Translations under genes and position numbers: made by a program
IMG/VR virus record: IMGVR_UViG_3300032007_000002
Reading direction: 5' to 3' (one strand)
DNA: 64,000 nucleotides
Source: a virus
Taxonomy: Duplodnaviria; Heunggongvirae; Uroviricota; Caudoviricetes
The notes under the pieces: model-generated
What the model saw: only the letters and a program-made list of their open reading frames with translations
What the model was told of the DNA's origin: nothing
Database searches by the model: none
Part shown: piece by piece, positions 1 to 10,176 of the stretch
Position numbering within the stretch: position 1 is the first letter of the stretch
How the letters are laid out: the number at the start of each line of letters is the position of its first letter

Positions 1-285
1 TATGATAAAATATCGAAAATGGTCAGCAATGGCCGAATGATATATACATCTCCGAACGGGGTGTCGTCTAGGTGCTATTTGCAAGATTATTCTTTCGACC
101 CCAATAATGGGTGGCGTGCTACATTTGCCGGCGTGTCTACGATGGGCAACCTGGCAAGGCTGGGTTTGGTGGACTGTTCGTCAAATCACGGCACGCAAAC
201 GATGAACGCACGTGAGATGACCTTGTACCCAATCGACATCTCGGGCACTTATGGCAATGAGCGAAACACGATTTACTTCCTGTGA
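1..285 (+). CDS. 3' end of a probable virion/tail protein (partial, runs off the window)
   Basis: Frame is open from position 1 to TGA at 283-285; S/T/G/N-rich like the next gene. Confidence 0.45.
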   Translation, partial: YDKISKMVSNGRMIYTSPNGVSSRCYLQDYSFDPNNGWRATFAGVSTMGNLARLGLVDCSSNHGTQTMNAREMTLYPIDISGTYGNERNTIYFL

Positions 286-296
286 TGAGGTGACCT

Positions 297-1769
297 TTGA
301 GCGGTATTGTTTATGACGAAGAACGTCCATTTGCCCCGGTAGTCAATGACCGGCTTCGGACTGTATTGACCAATCATACTGGGCAATCTGACGCTCACCT
401 CTCATTCCCTTATCTGGGCATACTTGGCGAGCCGATGCTGAAACAGTATATAGCATTTGACCGGCCCGTAACTGATAATTTTGGCGCAGCGGGTGTTATA
501 TACAAGAAATCAACGGCTTCACAGCCAAATCGTTCATGGATTGAGTTTCAGCGCGATCCGTCCAATAATCTCATTGTGAGCGCTAGTTCGCAGATGATGT
601 GGATGCTGAAATATCCTTTTCCTGCGGGTGGACAGGGGTTTCCGTCCCCGTATGCGGATGTTGTCGTTTCGCTTGCTGGAATAAGCGATTATACCGCAAG
701 GGGGTTTACAGGGAATGGTGATTCGGTAGTCCCGTCGATTGCGTATGGCGGATCCCCGTCGGCAATGACAGGGCATGCCGATGTTTCAAAGGCCGTGACG
801 TTTAAGTTCTGGGGGCTTGACAGTATATCCAATGCGACTAGATATGTTTCCGCACATTACTTGTTCCATACGGATATACGAAACCTTCCGACTGGCTACA
901 CGCCGAATTACAGCAACCCGGTCAAGCTCTATACCGATATTAACCATGGCACCATGGGGATGATGAATGGCACCGGAACCTGGCCGCTTTATGTCTGGGA
1001 CACGGGTAGCCAGCAAGAGGGCTCCAGTACGTCATGGCATAAATTTTTGAGCGATCCGAACAATAGCGATTGGTTTAGATGCACTCGTTTCACCGACAAG
1101 GATGCGTTCCCGTCAACGTGCCCGTCCGACGGTAAGATGCTTGCATACATGCGTTTTGACATGCAGAGCGTTTCGCAGACATCGTATATTTCCACGACTG
1201 CGCCTACTGTGGGGCTTGACCTTTCCGGGTTTACCTATAAGTCCGATGCACCCGGTGCAACGCTCCATATTGATCTCGATTATGCGTTCTTGTTCTATGG
1301 CACAAAGGGTAACGGCTGGATCTATGACAATGACGGTTATAAGGATAATGTCCAAACGGCAACCGTTTCGCTGCAACCCAGCGAACGCGAAGTGGAACTT
1401 TTTAGTAATGTGGGCGGGCTGAATATCAGTGCCAAGTGTGAGTATAACGGGCCCATGCTTCGGTTGCGGTCCGCGACTGGCAGTACCATAAGGGTAAACA
1501 AGCTGACTATGGTCGCGAAGGCGAAATCACAGTATGGCGGTGATACTTGGGAACGCGACAATACAAAAACTATTACCACTGCGTTTGACATCCCGGTGGG
1601 TGGCAGCACTTCGTTCTATTATTGGTACAATTATCCTGTCCAAGTTGCGAGTAATACCTCGAAGACGTATTTAAAAGCTATATTTGAGCTTAGCAACGGC
1701 AAGAAACTCACGTTCGAGATTAACTCGACCGGCGGTATCACCTTGCGGCTTAAATGTATAGAGGAATGA
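297..1769 (+). CDS. hypothetical virion / tail-associated protein
   Basis: 490-aa ORF, TTG start after GAGG, S/T/G/Y-rich composition. Confidence 0.5.
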   Translation: MSGIVYDEERPFAPVVNDRLRTVLTNHTGQSDAHLSFPYLGILGEPMLKQYIAFDRPVTDNFGAAGVIYKKSTASQPNRSWIEFQRDPSNNLIVSASSQMMWMLKYPFPAGGQGFPSPYADVVVSLAGISDYTARGFTGNGDSVVPSIAYGGSPSAMTGHADVSKAVTFKFWGLDSISNATRYVSAHYLFHTDIRNLPTGYTPNYSNPVKLYTDINHGTMGMMNGTGTWPLYVWDTGSQQEGSSTSWHKFLSDPNNSDWFRCTRFTDKDAFPSTCPSDGKMLAYMRFDMQSVSQTSYISTTAPTVGLDLSGFTYKSDAPGATLHIDLDYAFLFYGTKGNGWIYDNDGYKDNVQTATVSLQPSEREVELFSNVGGLNISAKCEYNGPMLRLRSATGSTIRVNKLTMVAKAKSQYGGDTWERDNTKTITTAFDIPVGGSTSFYYWYNYPVQVASNTSKTYLKAIFELSNGKKLTFEINSTGGITLRLKCIEE

Positions 1770-2731
1770 TGCGTTTCGATGCGGAAGGATATGTTCGCCT
1801 AGTCAATGCCCCGGAAACTGCCGGGGTTCTTTATGGACTGCTGGATGCGCTGGAAGAGAATTTTCCGGGTGCGGCCAGATTGGTTTCCGAGATACGCGGT
1901 GCGCTTTGGCGTTCTGCTGACAAGGTTCCGGTAGTTCCTGCGCAGATTGGAGCGTGGCCGCATATCAAGGTAGATGTTCCTATAACCGACCGGTGTAACC
2001 TTGCCTGTAAGGCATGCTCCCACTTCGCTCCCATAGCGAAGGATGCGCCAATGGTTGACCGTGAGGACATAGCGGCCTCGCTGGAACTGTTGAAACGGTC
2101 ATGCGGGGACATCGTGTTTACTGTATTCCTCATTGGCGGGGAGCCCTTGCTGCACCGTGACCTGGAGGCAATTATCCGGGACACCCGGAAAATCTTCCCG
2201 GACTGCGAACGTTATGTGGTCTCCAACATGCTGCTGTATGGCAGGTGGCGAGGGGTGTTCAGGGATCTGCTGCCTCAGACGGGCACGGCTCTCGGGTATA
2301 GCTGTTACGGGGAGGTCAACCGGCGCGTAATCGAGATTGCCCGCAGGGACAGCGAAACCTATCACTTCCCCTTTGTCCAGTTTGGAACCAATCCGCCGGA
2401 GTTCACCTCCTACTTGAAGAGCGCCGACCCGAAATATCCGGCCACCGGAAAGGCCGATTGCTACATGGCCAACTGCCCTACCCTAATCGGAAACTACCTG
2501 TATTTGTGCAGCCCGGTCTCATATCTTCAATATCCCAATGCCGCGTTCGGGATGAACTTGCAGGCGACCTGCTATGACCGAATAGACTTGCGCGAGGTTG
2601 AACATCCCGACGAGGTCCTTGTCCTAACCCGATTGCCGCATCCGTTTTGCCGTCACTGCAACGTAAAAGGCAACCACCCGATAGGATGGTCGCCAAGCAA
2701 GTGTGAACGCGGCGAGTGGTTCGAGGACTAG
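1766..2731 (+). CDS. radical SAM protein
   Basis: CxxxCxxC motif (CNLACKAC), GGEPLLH, C-terminal Cys cluster (CRHC); ATG at 1766 follows GAGG. Confidence 0.85.
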   Translation: MMRFDAEGYVRLVNAPETAGVLYGLLDALEENFPGAARLVSEIRGALWRSADKVPVVPAQIGAWPHIKVDVPITDRCNLACKACSHFAPIAKDAPMVDREDIAASLELLKRSCGDIVFTVFLIGGEPLLHRDLEAIIRDTRKIFPDCERYVVSNMLLYGRWRGVFRDLLPQTGTALGYSCYGEVNRRVIEIARRDSETYHFPFVQFGTNPPEFTSYLKSADPKYPATGKADCYMANCPTLIGNYLYLCSPVSYLQYPNAAFGMNLQATCYDRIDLREVEHPDEVLVLTRLPHPFCRHCNVKGNHPIGWSPSKCERGEWFED

Positions 2732-3390
2732 CCGAAGAATTTCGCGAACGCCTCGTTCATTACCCGCCAGTCGTTGTGGTGTTTCAGCCGCTCGTTGACG
2801 AGCCCACAGGCGCCATTGTGGAACTGGACGACGTGCGGGACTTCATGGAACAACGAGAGAATCTTGATGCCCTTTCGCTTCGCATACAGGTGGTAGAGCA
2901 GGTCGTCGTGGTATGACTGGCGAGACAGGCAGTAGTCTGCGATTGCCGCGAATACGTAGGGGTTGTATGCTCCGGGCGGATGCAGGGTCGCATATCCCCA
3001 GGGGATCCCGTCGCCTACGGTCTGTGCGATGATGCAGCCGGGGTTCTGTTTCCACTTGTTGTAGAGTTCCCCCGCGTAGTCATATTTGTATAGGCAGTCG
3101 TCATCCGCGCTTATGATGGGGAGGTCCGGGTAGGCCTTCATTGCGAAGATGATTTTCTTGTAGGGCTTGTAGTTCTTGTGGACCCAGAGTATCTGGACGA
3201 CACCGGTTTTCGCGAGCGCTTGCAGGTCAGCCGGCAGCTCGGCTTCTTTCCGCGGGAACTCTTCGTCGGACAGGGTGAGGACTACCTTGAAGCCCTTGCA
3301 GTGTTTCAGTATGCTGAAAATCGTGAGGCCCACTCCCTTGATGCGGGCTTTCCACGAAGTCAGCGCGATTATCCCCTTTATGTTTTCCAT
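2728..3390 (-). CDS. glycosyltransferase-like protein (GT-A fold)
   Basis: LTSWKARI, PYKK, IISADDD (DxD) and HDD motifs; paralog of 10133-10828. Confidence 0.65.
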   Translation of the reverse strand: MENIKGIIALTSWKARIKGVGLTIFSILKHCKGFKVVLTLSDEEFPRKEAELPADLQALAKTGVVQILWVHKNYKPYKKIIFAMKAYPDLPIISADDDCLYKYDYAGELYNKWKQNPGCIIAQTVGDGIPWGYATLHPPGAYNPYVFAAIADYCLSRQSYHDDLLYHLYAKRKGIKILSLFHEVPHVVQFHNGACGLVNERLKHHNDWRVMNEAFAKFFG

Positions 3391-3394
3391 GTAG

Positions 3395-4039
3395 TTACTT
3401 CTTTTCCCCGTATTTCTTGGCGAGCGCCTGTGCTATCCGGGCACCTTCCTTTACGCCGAGCGTGGTGATCTGGTTGTCCGTGCAGAATTTGGCGAGACGT
3501 GCTGCGATTTTCTTGGCAAACTCGAAATTGTCGGTGTCCTTTGTCTGGACCATCTCGTCCTGGGCTTCGCGGACTGCGCCCGACTGCACGAACTTGGTGA
3601 CGATTTCTTCCGTGGGCATTGCCGGGACCTGTTCCTGGTTTACTGCGCCCGGTGTTTCGTCTCCGGTCGGAGGGGGTGCGTCAACCGTGTCCTGCGCTGC
3701 GGTATCGTCTGGTGCAGCCGCGCCGTCCGTGGAAATGTCGCCACCGCCAAGGTCTGCCCCGGCATCCATGCCGCCGAGCCCGCCATCGTCAGCCGGCAGG
3801 CTTGCATCGACCGCATTGGGATCGTCTGTGGCGGGTTCGGTCGCGGAGACATCGGCGGTTTCCGGTGCCGGAACTGCTGCGGCATCTGCCGGGGCATCGG
3901 TTTCCGTTTCCGTAGTCGGGACGCTGCCGTCACCTTCGGCTTCGAAGATTGCCATTGCTGCCTTGATTGTCGCTTCTACGAGGGGGACATCGGGGCAATC
4001 CTGCCGGATGTCTTTGAAGAACGGTGCAAGTTCATTCAT
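3395..4039 (-). CDS. acidic low-complexity late protein with shared N-terminal leader (putative internal head protein)
   Basis: TATAAACT upstream; leader ending AMAIFEAEG; start placed at MNEL (4039) because ATG 4063 abuts the motif. Confidence 0.5.
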   Translation of the reverse strand: MNELAPFFKDIRQDCPDVPLVEATIKAAMAIFEAEGDGSVPTTETETDAPADAAAVPAPETADVSATEPATDDPNAVDASLPADDGGLGGMDAGADLGGGDISTDGAAAPDDTAAQDTVDAPPPTGDETPGAVNQEQVPAMPTEEIVTKFVQSGAVREAQDEMVQTKDTDNFEFAKKIAARLAKFCTDNQITTLGVKEGARIAQALAKKYGEKK

Positions 4040-4060
4040 TGTGTTGCCAAGTGCTTTTGA

Positions 4061-4095
4061 CATAGTTTATAGCGTCGCCCCGGCTATAAACTATG
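4061..4095. promoter_or_regulatory. back-to-back pair of putative late promoters (TATAAACT)
   Basis: Perfect 13-bp inverted repeat CATAGTTTATAGC / GCTATAAACTATG between divergent genes. Confidence 0.7.
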
Positions 4096-4117
4096 GGTAA
4101 TTACGGAGACAAATGAA

Positions 4118-4510
4118 ATGAACGAATTGGACCAGATGATTGCGGCCACCAAGGCCGACATTGCCGATGACAATATCCTTGCCGAGGCTTTCGAGAAAGG
4201 CGCAAGGGCTATTTTCGAGGGTGTTGGCGCCGAGGGGACCGAAACCACGTCGCTTCCGACCGAAATGGGTGACGTGAGCGGTGACAAGGCAAAGGAAATT
4301 GCCTCTGCCGTGACCAACCTTGGCGAAACCCAGGATGCCGCTGCCGAGGCGAAGGAAGCCGTTGACAAGTCGACGGAGCTTTCTGAACGTGCCGAAAACG
4401 AGGCCAAGCTCGCCGATGCCGACAAGGCTGTCGCCGATGCCGCCAAGACGGCTGCCGACGTCACCAACTCGGTGACCACCGAGAAGAACGAACAACAGCA
4501 GCAGGCCTAG
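4118..4510 (+). CDS. acidic helical late protein with shared N-terminal leader
   Basis: TATAAACT and GGAG upstream; leader ending ARAIFEG. Confidence 0.6.
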   Translation: MNELDQMIAATKADIADDNILAEAFEKGARAIFEGVGAEGTETTSLPTEMGDVSGDKAKEIASAVTNLGETQDAAAEAKEAVDKSTELSERAENEAKLADADKAVADAAKTAADVTNSVTTEKNEQQQQA

Positions 4511-4512
4511 TC

Positions 4513-5046
4513 ATGCCGTCGAGTTTCGAGACATTCCTCGAAACGGTGCGCGGCAAGCTCGGTGAGGAATGCTACGACAACGTTTGCCGGAGATACCAGA
4601 CGTATCTTGAAAACTGCGCCCCTCCCCCGTTGAGGGTCCCGGACTCCATGCGTGCGAACGCGATGGTCTGGGGGTATTCCGACATGCTCAACATCCTCAC
4701 CCCGTCGGGTGCGGTTGACGGGAACGACTGTACGGGGAAGGCATATACCAACCCCAACCAGCCCGCGCCGTCGATGAAGGACCAGAGCGGGCAGATTGAC
4801 CCGAAGAACTGGGAACACCCGAAGTTCAAGAAGCCTACGCACCTGACGTCGATACCGATCAGGAAGATGATGGAACGCGCACAGTCGCACATCAAGCAGC
4901 CGATGGAATTGGCGAACGCGAGCCAGGTATATCCGAACAAGGTCGGGCCGTTCTCGGGCCGCGACGGGTATAACGTTCCCGTGAGCACCTACGTCGGCGG
5001 GGATTCCAGCAGCTCGGCATCCTCGTCCGCATCTACATCGGAGTAG
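4513..5046 (+). CDS. hypothetical protein
   Basis: 177-aa ORF coupled to the upstream gene. Confidence 0.6.
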   Translation: MPSSFETFLETVRGKLGEECYDNVCRRYQTYLENCAPPPLRVPDSMRANAMVWGYSDMLNILTPSGAVDGNDCTGKAYTNPNQPAPSMKDQSGQIDPKNWEHPKFKKPTHLTSIPIRKMMERAQSHIKQPMELANASQVYPNKVGPFSGRDGYNVPVSTYVGGDSSSSASSSASTSE

Positions 5047-5098
5047 GCATGGGTTCCGAAGTTTAAATTTGTATTTTTCGACTGGGTGGTACTGCTAG

Positions 5099-6202
5099 AT
5101 GAAATCAAAGAAGGTTGCCGGCAAACGACTTTTCAACTACCTGCAAGGTGGGATCAAGTGGAAGGAACACAAGGACATCATCCTTGACTTCTGGATTGGT
5201 TACAAGTGCAAGGACTATGGCTATCAGCCTAGCCAGTTTGCCCGCATGGTCCGCGTGGTGGACCTTCCTACCGAGGCGCAGAAGCGTTACGAGGAGTGGT
5301 TCAACAGCTACGATTTTCAGAACACGACGGACAAGGCGTGGCTTTCGTTCGTCGATGGCACGCTGAACATCTTCTACCACACGAAGAACCCCGTGATGGA
5401 CCCGGACGACACTTGGTATATCGAGTTGATGCAGTCCGAAGTCAGGGCCCGCGACATTGCTGAAAAACAGACATATCACGGGCGTCCGAACCTGAACAGC
5501 TTCTTCCGTTCCGATACCAACTCGAAGCCGGAAGAAGTCGGTGGCCGTCGAAACGGCTACATTTTCTCGTATAGGCTTGCGGAACTCGATACGTCCCGCG
5601 AAGACAACATGTATTGGGGCATCGTATTCCAGTGCCCCGAGACGGTTACGCTGCAGTTTGACAACAATGGGCGGACCGACAGCAGGTCGATTAACTGGGC
5701 CGCCAATGCCACGCACATGACGCTGGTGCGCGTATGTGCTGACGGGCGCCTGAAAATTGTCCCTGTGTTTGTGGAGGGCAAGGACTGGCATGCCGACCGG
5801 TATGTCCCCGAGGGGCAGGTGAACCAGTCACCGATGTCACCGAAGGCATTGCTTGCCTATGTCAAGGAGAAGTTCCAGGATCTTTATGGTATCTGGGACG
5901 ACATTGACGCGGCAGTGAAGAGCGATAACGAAGGGCAGACCGCCCGTGAAAACGCGATGAACGTCATGAACGACGAAGAAATCAAGGTCGGCAGGGTCAT
6001 CCCGAACATCGAGAAGTTCATCCGCGAGGGTAACGTGTCCGATGCCAAGCGCGAATACAACAAGGAAGTCCGAAAGGCGGTGAAGGCCCAGGTCAAGGGT
6101 TCCGAAAGCGCCAAGAAGGAGAAGATGCGCAATATAGTCAAGGCCAAGAAACGTGCAGCCGATGCGCGTCTTGCCAAGCTGCGGGTGGCGTTGGAGGACT
6201 AG
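5099..6202 (+). CDS. hypothetical protein with basic C-terminal helix
   Basis: 367-aa ORF, typical codon usage, variant early motif upstream. Confidence 0.7.
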   Translation: MKSKKVAGKRLFNYLQGGIKWKEHKDIILDFWIGYKCKDYGYQPSQFARMVRVVDLPTEAQKRYEEWFNSYDFQNTTDKAWLSFVDGTLNIFYHTKNPVMDPDDTWYIELMQSEVRARDIAEKQTYHGRPNLNSFFRSDTNSKPEEVGGRRNGYIFSYRLAELDTSREDNMYWGIVFQCPETVTLQFDNNGRTDSRSINWAANATHMTLVRVCADGRLKIVPVFVEGKDWHADRYVPEGQVNQSPMSPKALLAYVKEKFQDLYGIWDDIDAAVKSDNEGQTARENAMNVMNDEEIKVGRVIPNIEKFIREGNVSDAKREYNKEVRKAVKAQVKGSESAKKEKMRNIVKAKKRAADARLAKLRVALED

Positions 6203-6204
6203 CC

Positions 6205-6489
6205 ATGTCGCCTGACCGTTTCGCATTATGGAAATTCAAGACAATCGAGGGCATCCTCCAGGGATGGTGTCCTGGCGACTTCACCCGTTCCAAGTATGAA
6301 CAGGACGGGAAGCTCCGTGCCACGATTGAATACGATCCGAAACAGGAAACCGCCATGGTCTCCGTGGATGGGTCGTCGCCGGTGCAGGTTCCGTTCAGGG
6401 GACTTGTCGGCAAGCTCAAGGAACTTGGCCTGTATGTCCAGCGCGACAGGAAGTTCTGCCACGAAAACGCGCTGATACCATTTTGCTAA
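6205..6489 (+). CDS. hypothetical protein
   Basis: GGAGG RBS, coupled to the upstream gene. Confidence 0.6.
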   Translation: MSPDRFALWKFKTIEGILQGWCPGDFTRSKYEQDGKLRATIEYDPKQETAMVSVDGSSPVQVPFRGLVGKLKELGLYVQRDRKFCHENALIPFC

Positions 6490-6512
6490 ATCTGAATGAG
6501 GAAGGATTTGTG

Positions 6513-8387
6513 ATGGGCGCCTATAACGGATATGATTATGACATGGGCAGTGCGCTGCTCGAAATGGACAGCATCCTGCTCGAAGCGGGGGAAAGGCCTG
6601 TCTTCGTGGAGGCCGATACCGGAACCTCGGCAGATCCGGCTCCAGACGCCGGGGCGATGTCCCAGGCGGTGTGCGACTGGCTCGCCGACTTTGTAAATTC
6701 CGATGACGGCTGGGGCTACCTGGCCGCGAAACGCAGGTCCGGCAAGCTCGACGTGACAGTCGATGTCGGCGGAGTTACCATCCATGCGGACAACGAGCAC
6801 GAGAAAGGCTCGCCGACGAACTCGAAGGCCCTTGAAGTCAAGGACGGCGAGGTGTTTATCGGCCCGCGCAAGCTGATGGCATCCATCCTTTCTGCAAGTA
6901 TCAACGAGCTCATGGAGCAGGACAAGGATTCCTCATTGCAATCGGCCATCGTCAGCGTCATCCGCGGAGATTCCGCGAAGGGGAACCTGAACGTGAAGTT
7001 CAAGAAGGCCATCGGGGACTTTATCTCCGGCAAGCGCCCGAAGCCGGCCCCGCAGAAGCAGCAGCAACAGCCTGCGTCCCTGCCCGACCGCGTGTGGGCG
7101 TATCTTACCTCCGATGATGCGACCAAGAATAGTGGTCTCGGTGTGGATGCCAAGAATGGCCGGAACGACGGCGCACAGGAAATGCAGCCTGACTTCTATG
7201 GCGAACGCGACATCGACCGCTTCATCCAGGAAACTGCCCAGAAGGACGGCGTTGCTGTCGATCCGGCAACTGTTACGGATGACGATAAGAAGGCTATTCT
7301 CGCCCATCTCCAGAAGGTCGTGGCTGCGGTCAATGAGCTCTCTTCCGACGAGATGTCCGGGGACGATGCCACTGTCGGCAAGTATGTGACTGCCCACCTG
7401 ACAGGAGCCGGGAACGGTACCGGCAAGACTGACGGGCAGGGTGAGAACGGAGACGAGAACGACTGGGCGAAGCAGCTCTGGAAGTTCCTCCTTTCCGATA
7501 ACCAGGACAAGAACCGCATGCTCGGCCAGGACTGCCATCAGGCACGCAAGGCCGATACGCAGGTCGGCGATGATATCTACACCGATGACGCTATCCGGGA
7601 ATACATGACCGTGATGGCCGATGCGAACCCGTCGGAAATTTCCGGCTCGGCTGACAGCATTTCCGGTGCCGACGTGGACGCCTGTCGCGCCGTGATGGGC
7701 AAGGTTCCGCCTGCAATGAACCGTGTTACGCCTGAGCAGTATAACCGCAATGATGTGGAGCTCGGTGCGATTATCACCCAGTACCTTACTGCCGGTGATG
7801 CGAAGAAGGAACAGAACAACGGCATGAAGTCGGTCACTCCGGCAGCAATCATGCGCGGGTTCGAGGCATGGTATTTCGGCCAGTGGGTCCGTACCCGCGA
7901 CGAGGCCGTCAAGCATGTCGAGCGCCTGTTTAGCGGTTCCCCGTTCAGCAGCGATTCCAACGTCAGGAAGCAGATCAATTCCCACGACATCGCGAGCGGA
8001 TTTGCCAACGAGAACTATGTGGCCCGGACGGTCAACGAGTTCAAGGAGGCGATGAAGTCGTCCAAGAACGAGAAGGTAATCCCGGCGATGGACGGCAACG
8101 TGATGATGGCCATTGGCAAGTTCTTCAGCAGCACCCTTCCGGCACGCTACATGAAGCTCCGCCAGGCGGTCCAGGGCGTGGTCGAGAAGAACCCGAAGGC
8201 TGCGAAGGAATGGGAGAAGATTCCTCGCCGCGCAGCTGCGTTCGTTGACAACCGTGTCGATGCCTTCACTACCGAGAAGGTTGGCGGTAACAAGGGTGGC
8301 TGGCTTGAACAGATTGCCCAGGCTACCGAGCGCGTGAACAATTCATTCGGCCTCGAAAACGAGAAGCCGATTGCGGGGTTGAAATGA
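6513..8387 (+). CDS. hypothetical protein with internal repeat, possible internal virion protein
   Basis: Long ORF; N-terminal LLEM/LLEA/FVEA sites; duplicated ~130-aa unit. Confidence 0.65.
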   Translation: MGAYNGYDYDMGSALLEMDSILLEAGERPVFVEADTGTSADPAPDAGAMSQAVCDWLADFVNSDDGWGYLAAKRRSGKLDVTVDVGGVTIHADNEHEKGSPTNSKALEVKDGEVFIGPRKLMASILSASINELMEQDKDSSLQSAIVSVIRGDSAKGNLNVKFKKAIGDFISGKRPKPAPQKQQQQPASLPDRVWAYLTSDDATKNSGLGVDAKNGRNDGAQEMQPDFYGERDIDRFIQETAQKDGVAVDPATVTDDDKKAILAHLQKVVAAVNELSSDEMSGDDATVGKYVTAHLTGAGNGTGKTDGQGENGDENDWAKQLWKFLLSDNQDKNRMLGQDCHQARKADTQVGDDIYTDDAIREYMTVMADANPSEISGSADSISGADVDACRAVMGKVPPAMNRVTPEQYNRNDVELGAIITQYLTAGDAKKEQNNGMKSVTPAAIMRGFEAWYFGQWVRTRDEAVKHVERLFSGSPFSSDSNVRKQINSHDIASGFANENYVARTVNEFKEAMKSSKNEKVIPAMDGNVMMAIGKFFSSTLPARYMKLRQAVQGVVEKNPKAAKEWEKIPRRAAAFVDNRVDAFTTEKVGGNKGGWLEQIAQATERVNNSFGLENEKPIAGLK

Positions 8388-9529
8388 TCCAGGAAAATAT
8401 GCCGAACCGCTGGCTTAACTGCGCCGTCCCGGGCGTGGCGCTGACGACCTGCATTGGCTCCGTTTACTGCTGGAGCCAGTTCGCCCCCGAGCTCATGAAG
8501 ACTTTCGACTTGTCGAAGGGTGCGGTGAGCGTCGGGTTTACCCTCATCATCTTCTTCCTTGGCATGTGCGCCGCAATCTTCGGTTCGGCCATCGAGAAGA
8601 ACCCGCGCTTCGGTGCGTGGCTGTCCACGATAATCTTCATCACGGGCTTCCTGATGCTCGGGACGTCTGTCCTGATCGAGTCCGTGGCGGCTTTCTACAT
8701 CGCGACCATGTTCATAGGCGCCGGGACGGGCATAGGCTACGTCACGCCGGTAAAGAGCCTGATGAAGTTTTTCGCCGACCACAAGGGGCTTGCGTCCGGG
8801 CTGGCCATTACCGGGTTCGGGCTGGCCAAGTTCATTGCATCCCCGGTCATCGAGTGGCTGCTTGCCACGCTGCCGCTGTATGGCGTGTTCTACGCGCTTG
8901 GCGCGGTATATGCCGTGGTGATGATGCTGTCCAGCCTGTTTATCAGGAAATACCCGTCGGTGGAAATCCCGAAGAACCTTGACTGCTTCCGTTATTCATA
9001 TTTGCTGCGGTCGAGGGAATGGTGGGCCATCTGGTTCATGTTCATGACCAACATCAGCTGTGGCTTGGCGATTATCTCGCAGGAGAAGGGCCTGTTTTCC
9101 GGGCTCGGCATCGCCGCGATAGGCGCCGTCCTGTCAGTCACCGCATTGGCCAACTCCGGCGGTAGGCTGGGGTTCTCCGCGCTTTCCGACCGCATAGGCC
9201 GCAAGGCGTCGTATCATTTCATTTGCAGTTTCGGCATCCTCGGTTCACTGTTCTGCATCACTGGGAGCGTCCCGCTGACCGTGCTCGGCATACTCATGGT
9301 GGAGGCCGCATACGGCGGTAATTTCTCCGGCCTTCCGAGCCTGCTCGCGAAGCGCTTCGGCATCGAGAACGCATCGCGTGTCCATTCCATGACCCTTACC
9401 GGGTGGAGCGTGGGCGGAATTTTCGGCCCGTTGCTCGCGAATAACCTGTCCGGTACCGCGCTCTATGCCGTCCTTGCCGTCCTTTACTTCATTGCGTTCA
9501 CCGTGATGGAAGCCAACGTGAGAAAATAA
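8384..9529 (+). CDS. MFS transporter, oxalate/formate antiporter (OFA)-like
   Basis: About 12 hydrophobic segments; GSVYCWS, FADHKGLASGLAITGFG, GRLGFSALSDRIGR, YGGNFS motifs. Confidence 0.85.
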   Translation: MIQENMPNRWLNCAVPGVALTTCIGSVYCWSQFAPELMKTFDLSKGAVSVGFTLIIFFLGMCAAIFGSAIEKNPRFGAWLSTIIFITGFLMLGTSVLIESVAAFYIATMFIGAGTGIGYVTPVKSLMKFFADHKGLASGLAITGFGLAKFIASPVIEWLLATLPLYGVFYALGAVYAVVMMLSSLFIRKYPSVEIPKNLDCFRYSYLLRSREWWAIWFMFMTNISCGLAIISQEKGLFSGLGIAAIGAVLSVTALANSGGRLGFSALSDRIGRKASYHFICSFGILGSLFCITGSVPLTVLGILMVEAAYGGNFSGLPSLLAKRFGIENASRVHSMTLTGWSVGGIFGPLLANNLSGTALYAVLAVLYFIAFTVMEANVRK

Positions 9530-9696
9530 TGTATATTTGGATCATGGTACTCGTTGACGACATGCTCACTGTTCTCGGTTCAATGGCCGCGGTGGTCTTT
9601 GCGCTGATGGGTATTTGTTTCGTCCTGTGGATTGCCGTCCTTGTGTACTGCTCGCTGCATGAGGCCATGGTTTTGCGGGCTGCATGGAGGCGTGGC

Positions 9697-10176
9697 ATGA
9701 AGCTGTTTATTTCCGGTTCGGCATCCATCAAGGTCCTGACCCCGGAGGTCGAGAACGTTATCGACCAGTTCATCGGGAAGGGTGCCGAGATCCTTGTCGG
9801 CGACTGCTATGGTGTCGACTCCGCCGTCCAGCGGTATCTTGCCCGCAGGGAATACAAGAATGTTACCATCTATACGAGTAACTCTACGCCCCGGTGTGAC
9901 TATGTCCCGGGTTGCTGTATCATCTCGTGCAACGGGGAGACCATCGGCCTGCATGGCGAGGCTTTCTATGCGGTAAAGGATGCTGCCATGTGCCGTGACT
10001 GCGACTGCGCCCTCATGCTGTGGGACGGTGTCAGCATAGGCACCAAGAACAATATTGCCCGCGTGAAGGGCGCGGGCAAGCCGTATAAGGTGATTACAGT
10101 AAGCGGTGAGACCAGGGAGCGGATGAACCTTCTCAGACGGGGAGGCGCAGTCCGAGCTCAGGGTGCTCCCGCATGA
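9697..10176 (+). CDS. SLOG (DprA/YspA-like) fold protein
   Basis: FISGS, VGDCYGVD, KDAAM, WDGVSIGTKNNI motifs; GGAGG before ATG 9697. Confidence 0.6.
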   Translation: MKLFISGSASIKVLTPEVENVIDQFIGKGAEILVGDCYGVDSAVQRYLARREYKNVTIYTSNSTPRCDYVPGCCIISCNGETIGLHGEAFYAVKDAAMCRDCDCALMLWDGVSIGTKNNIARVKGAGKPYKVITVSGETRERMNLLRRGGAVRAQGAPA

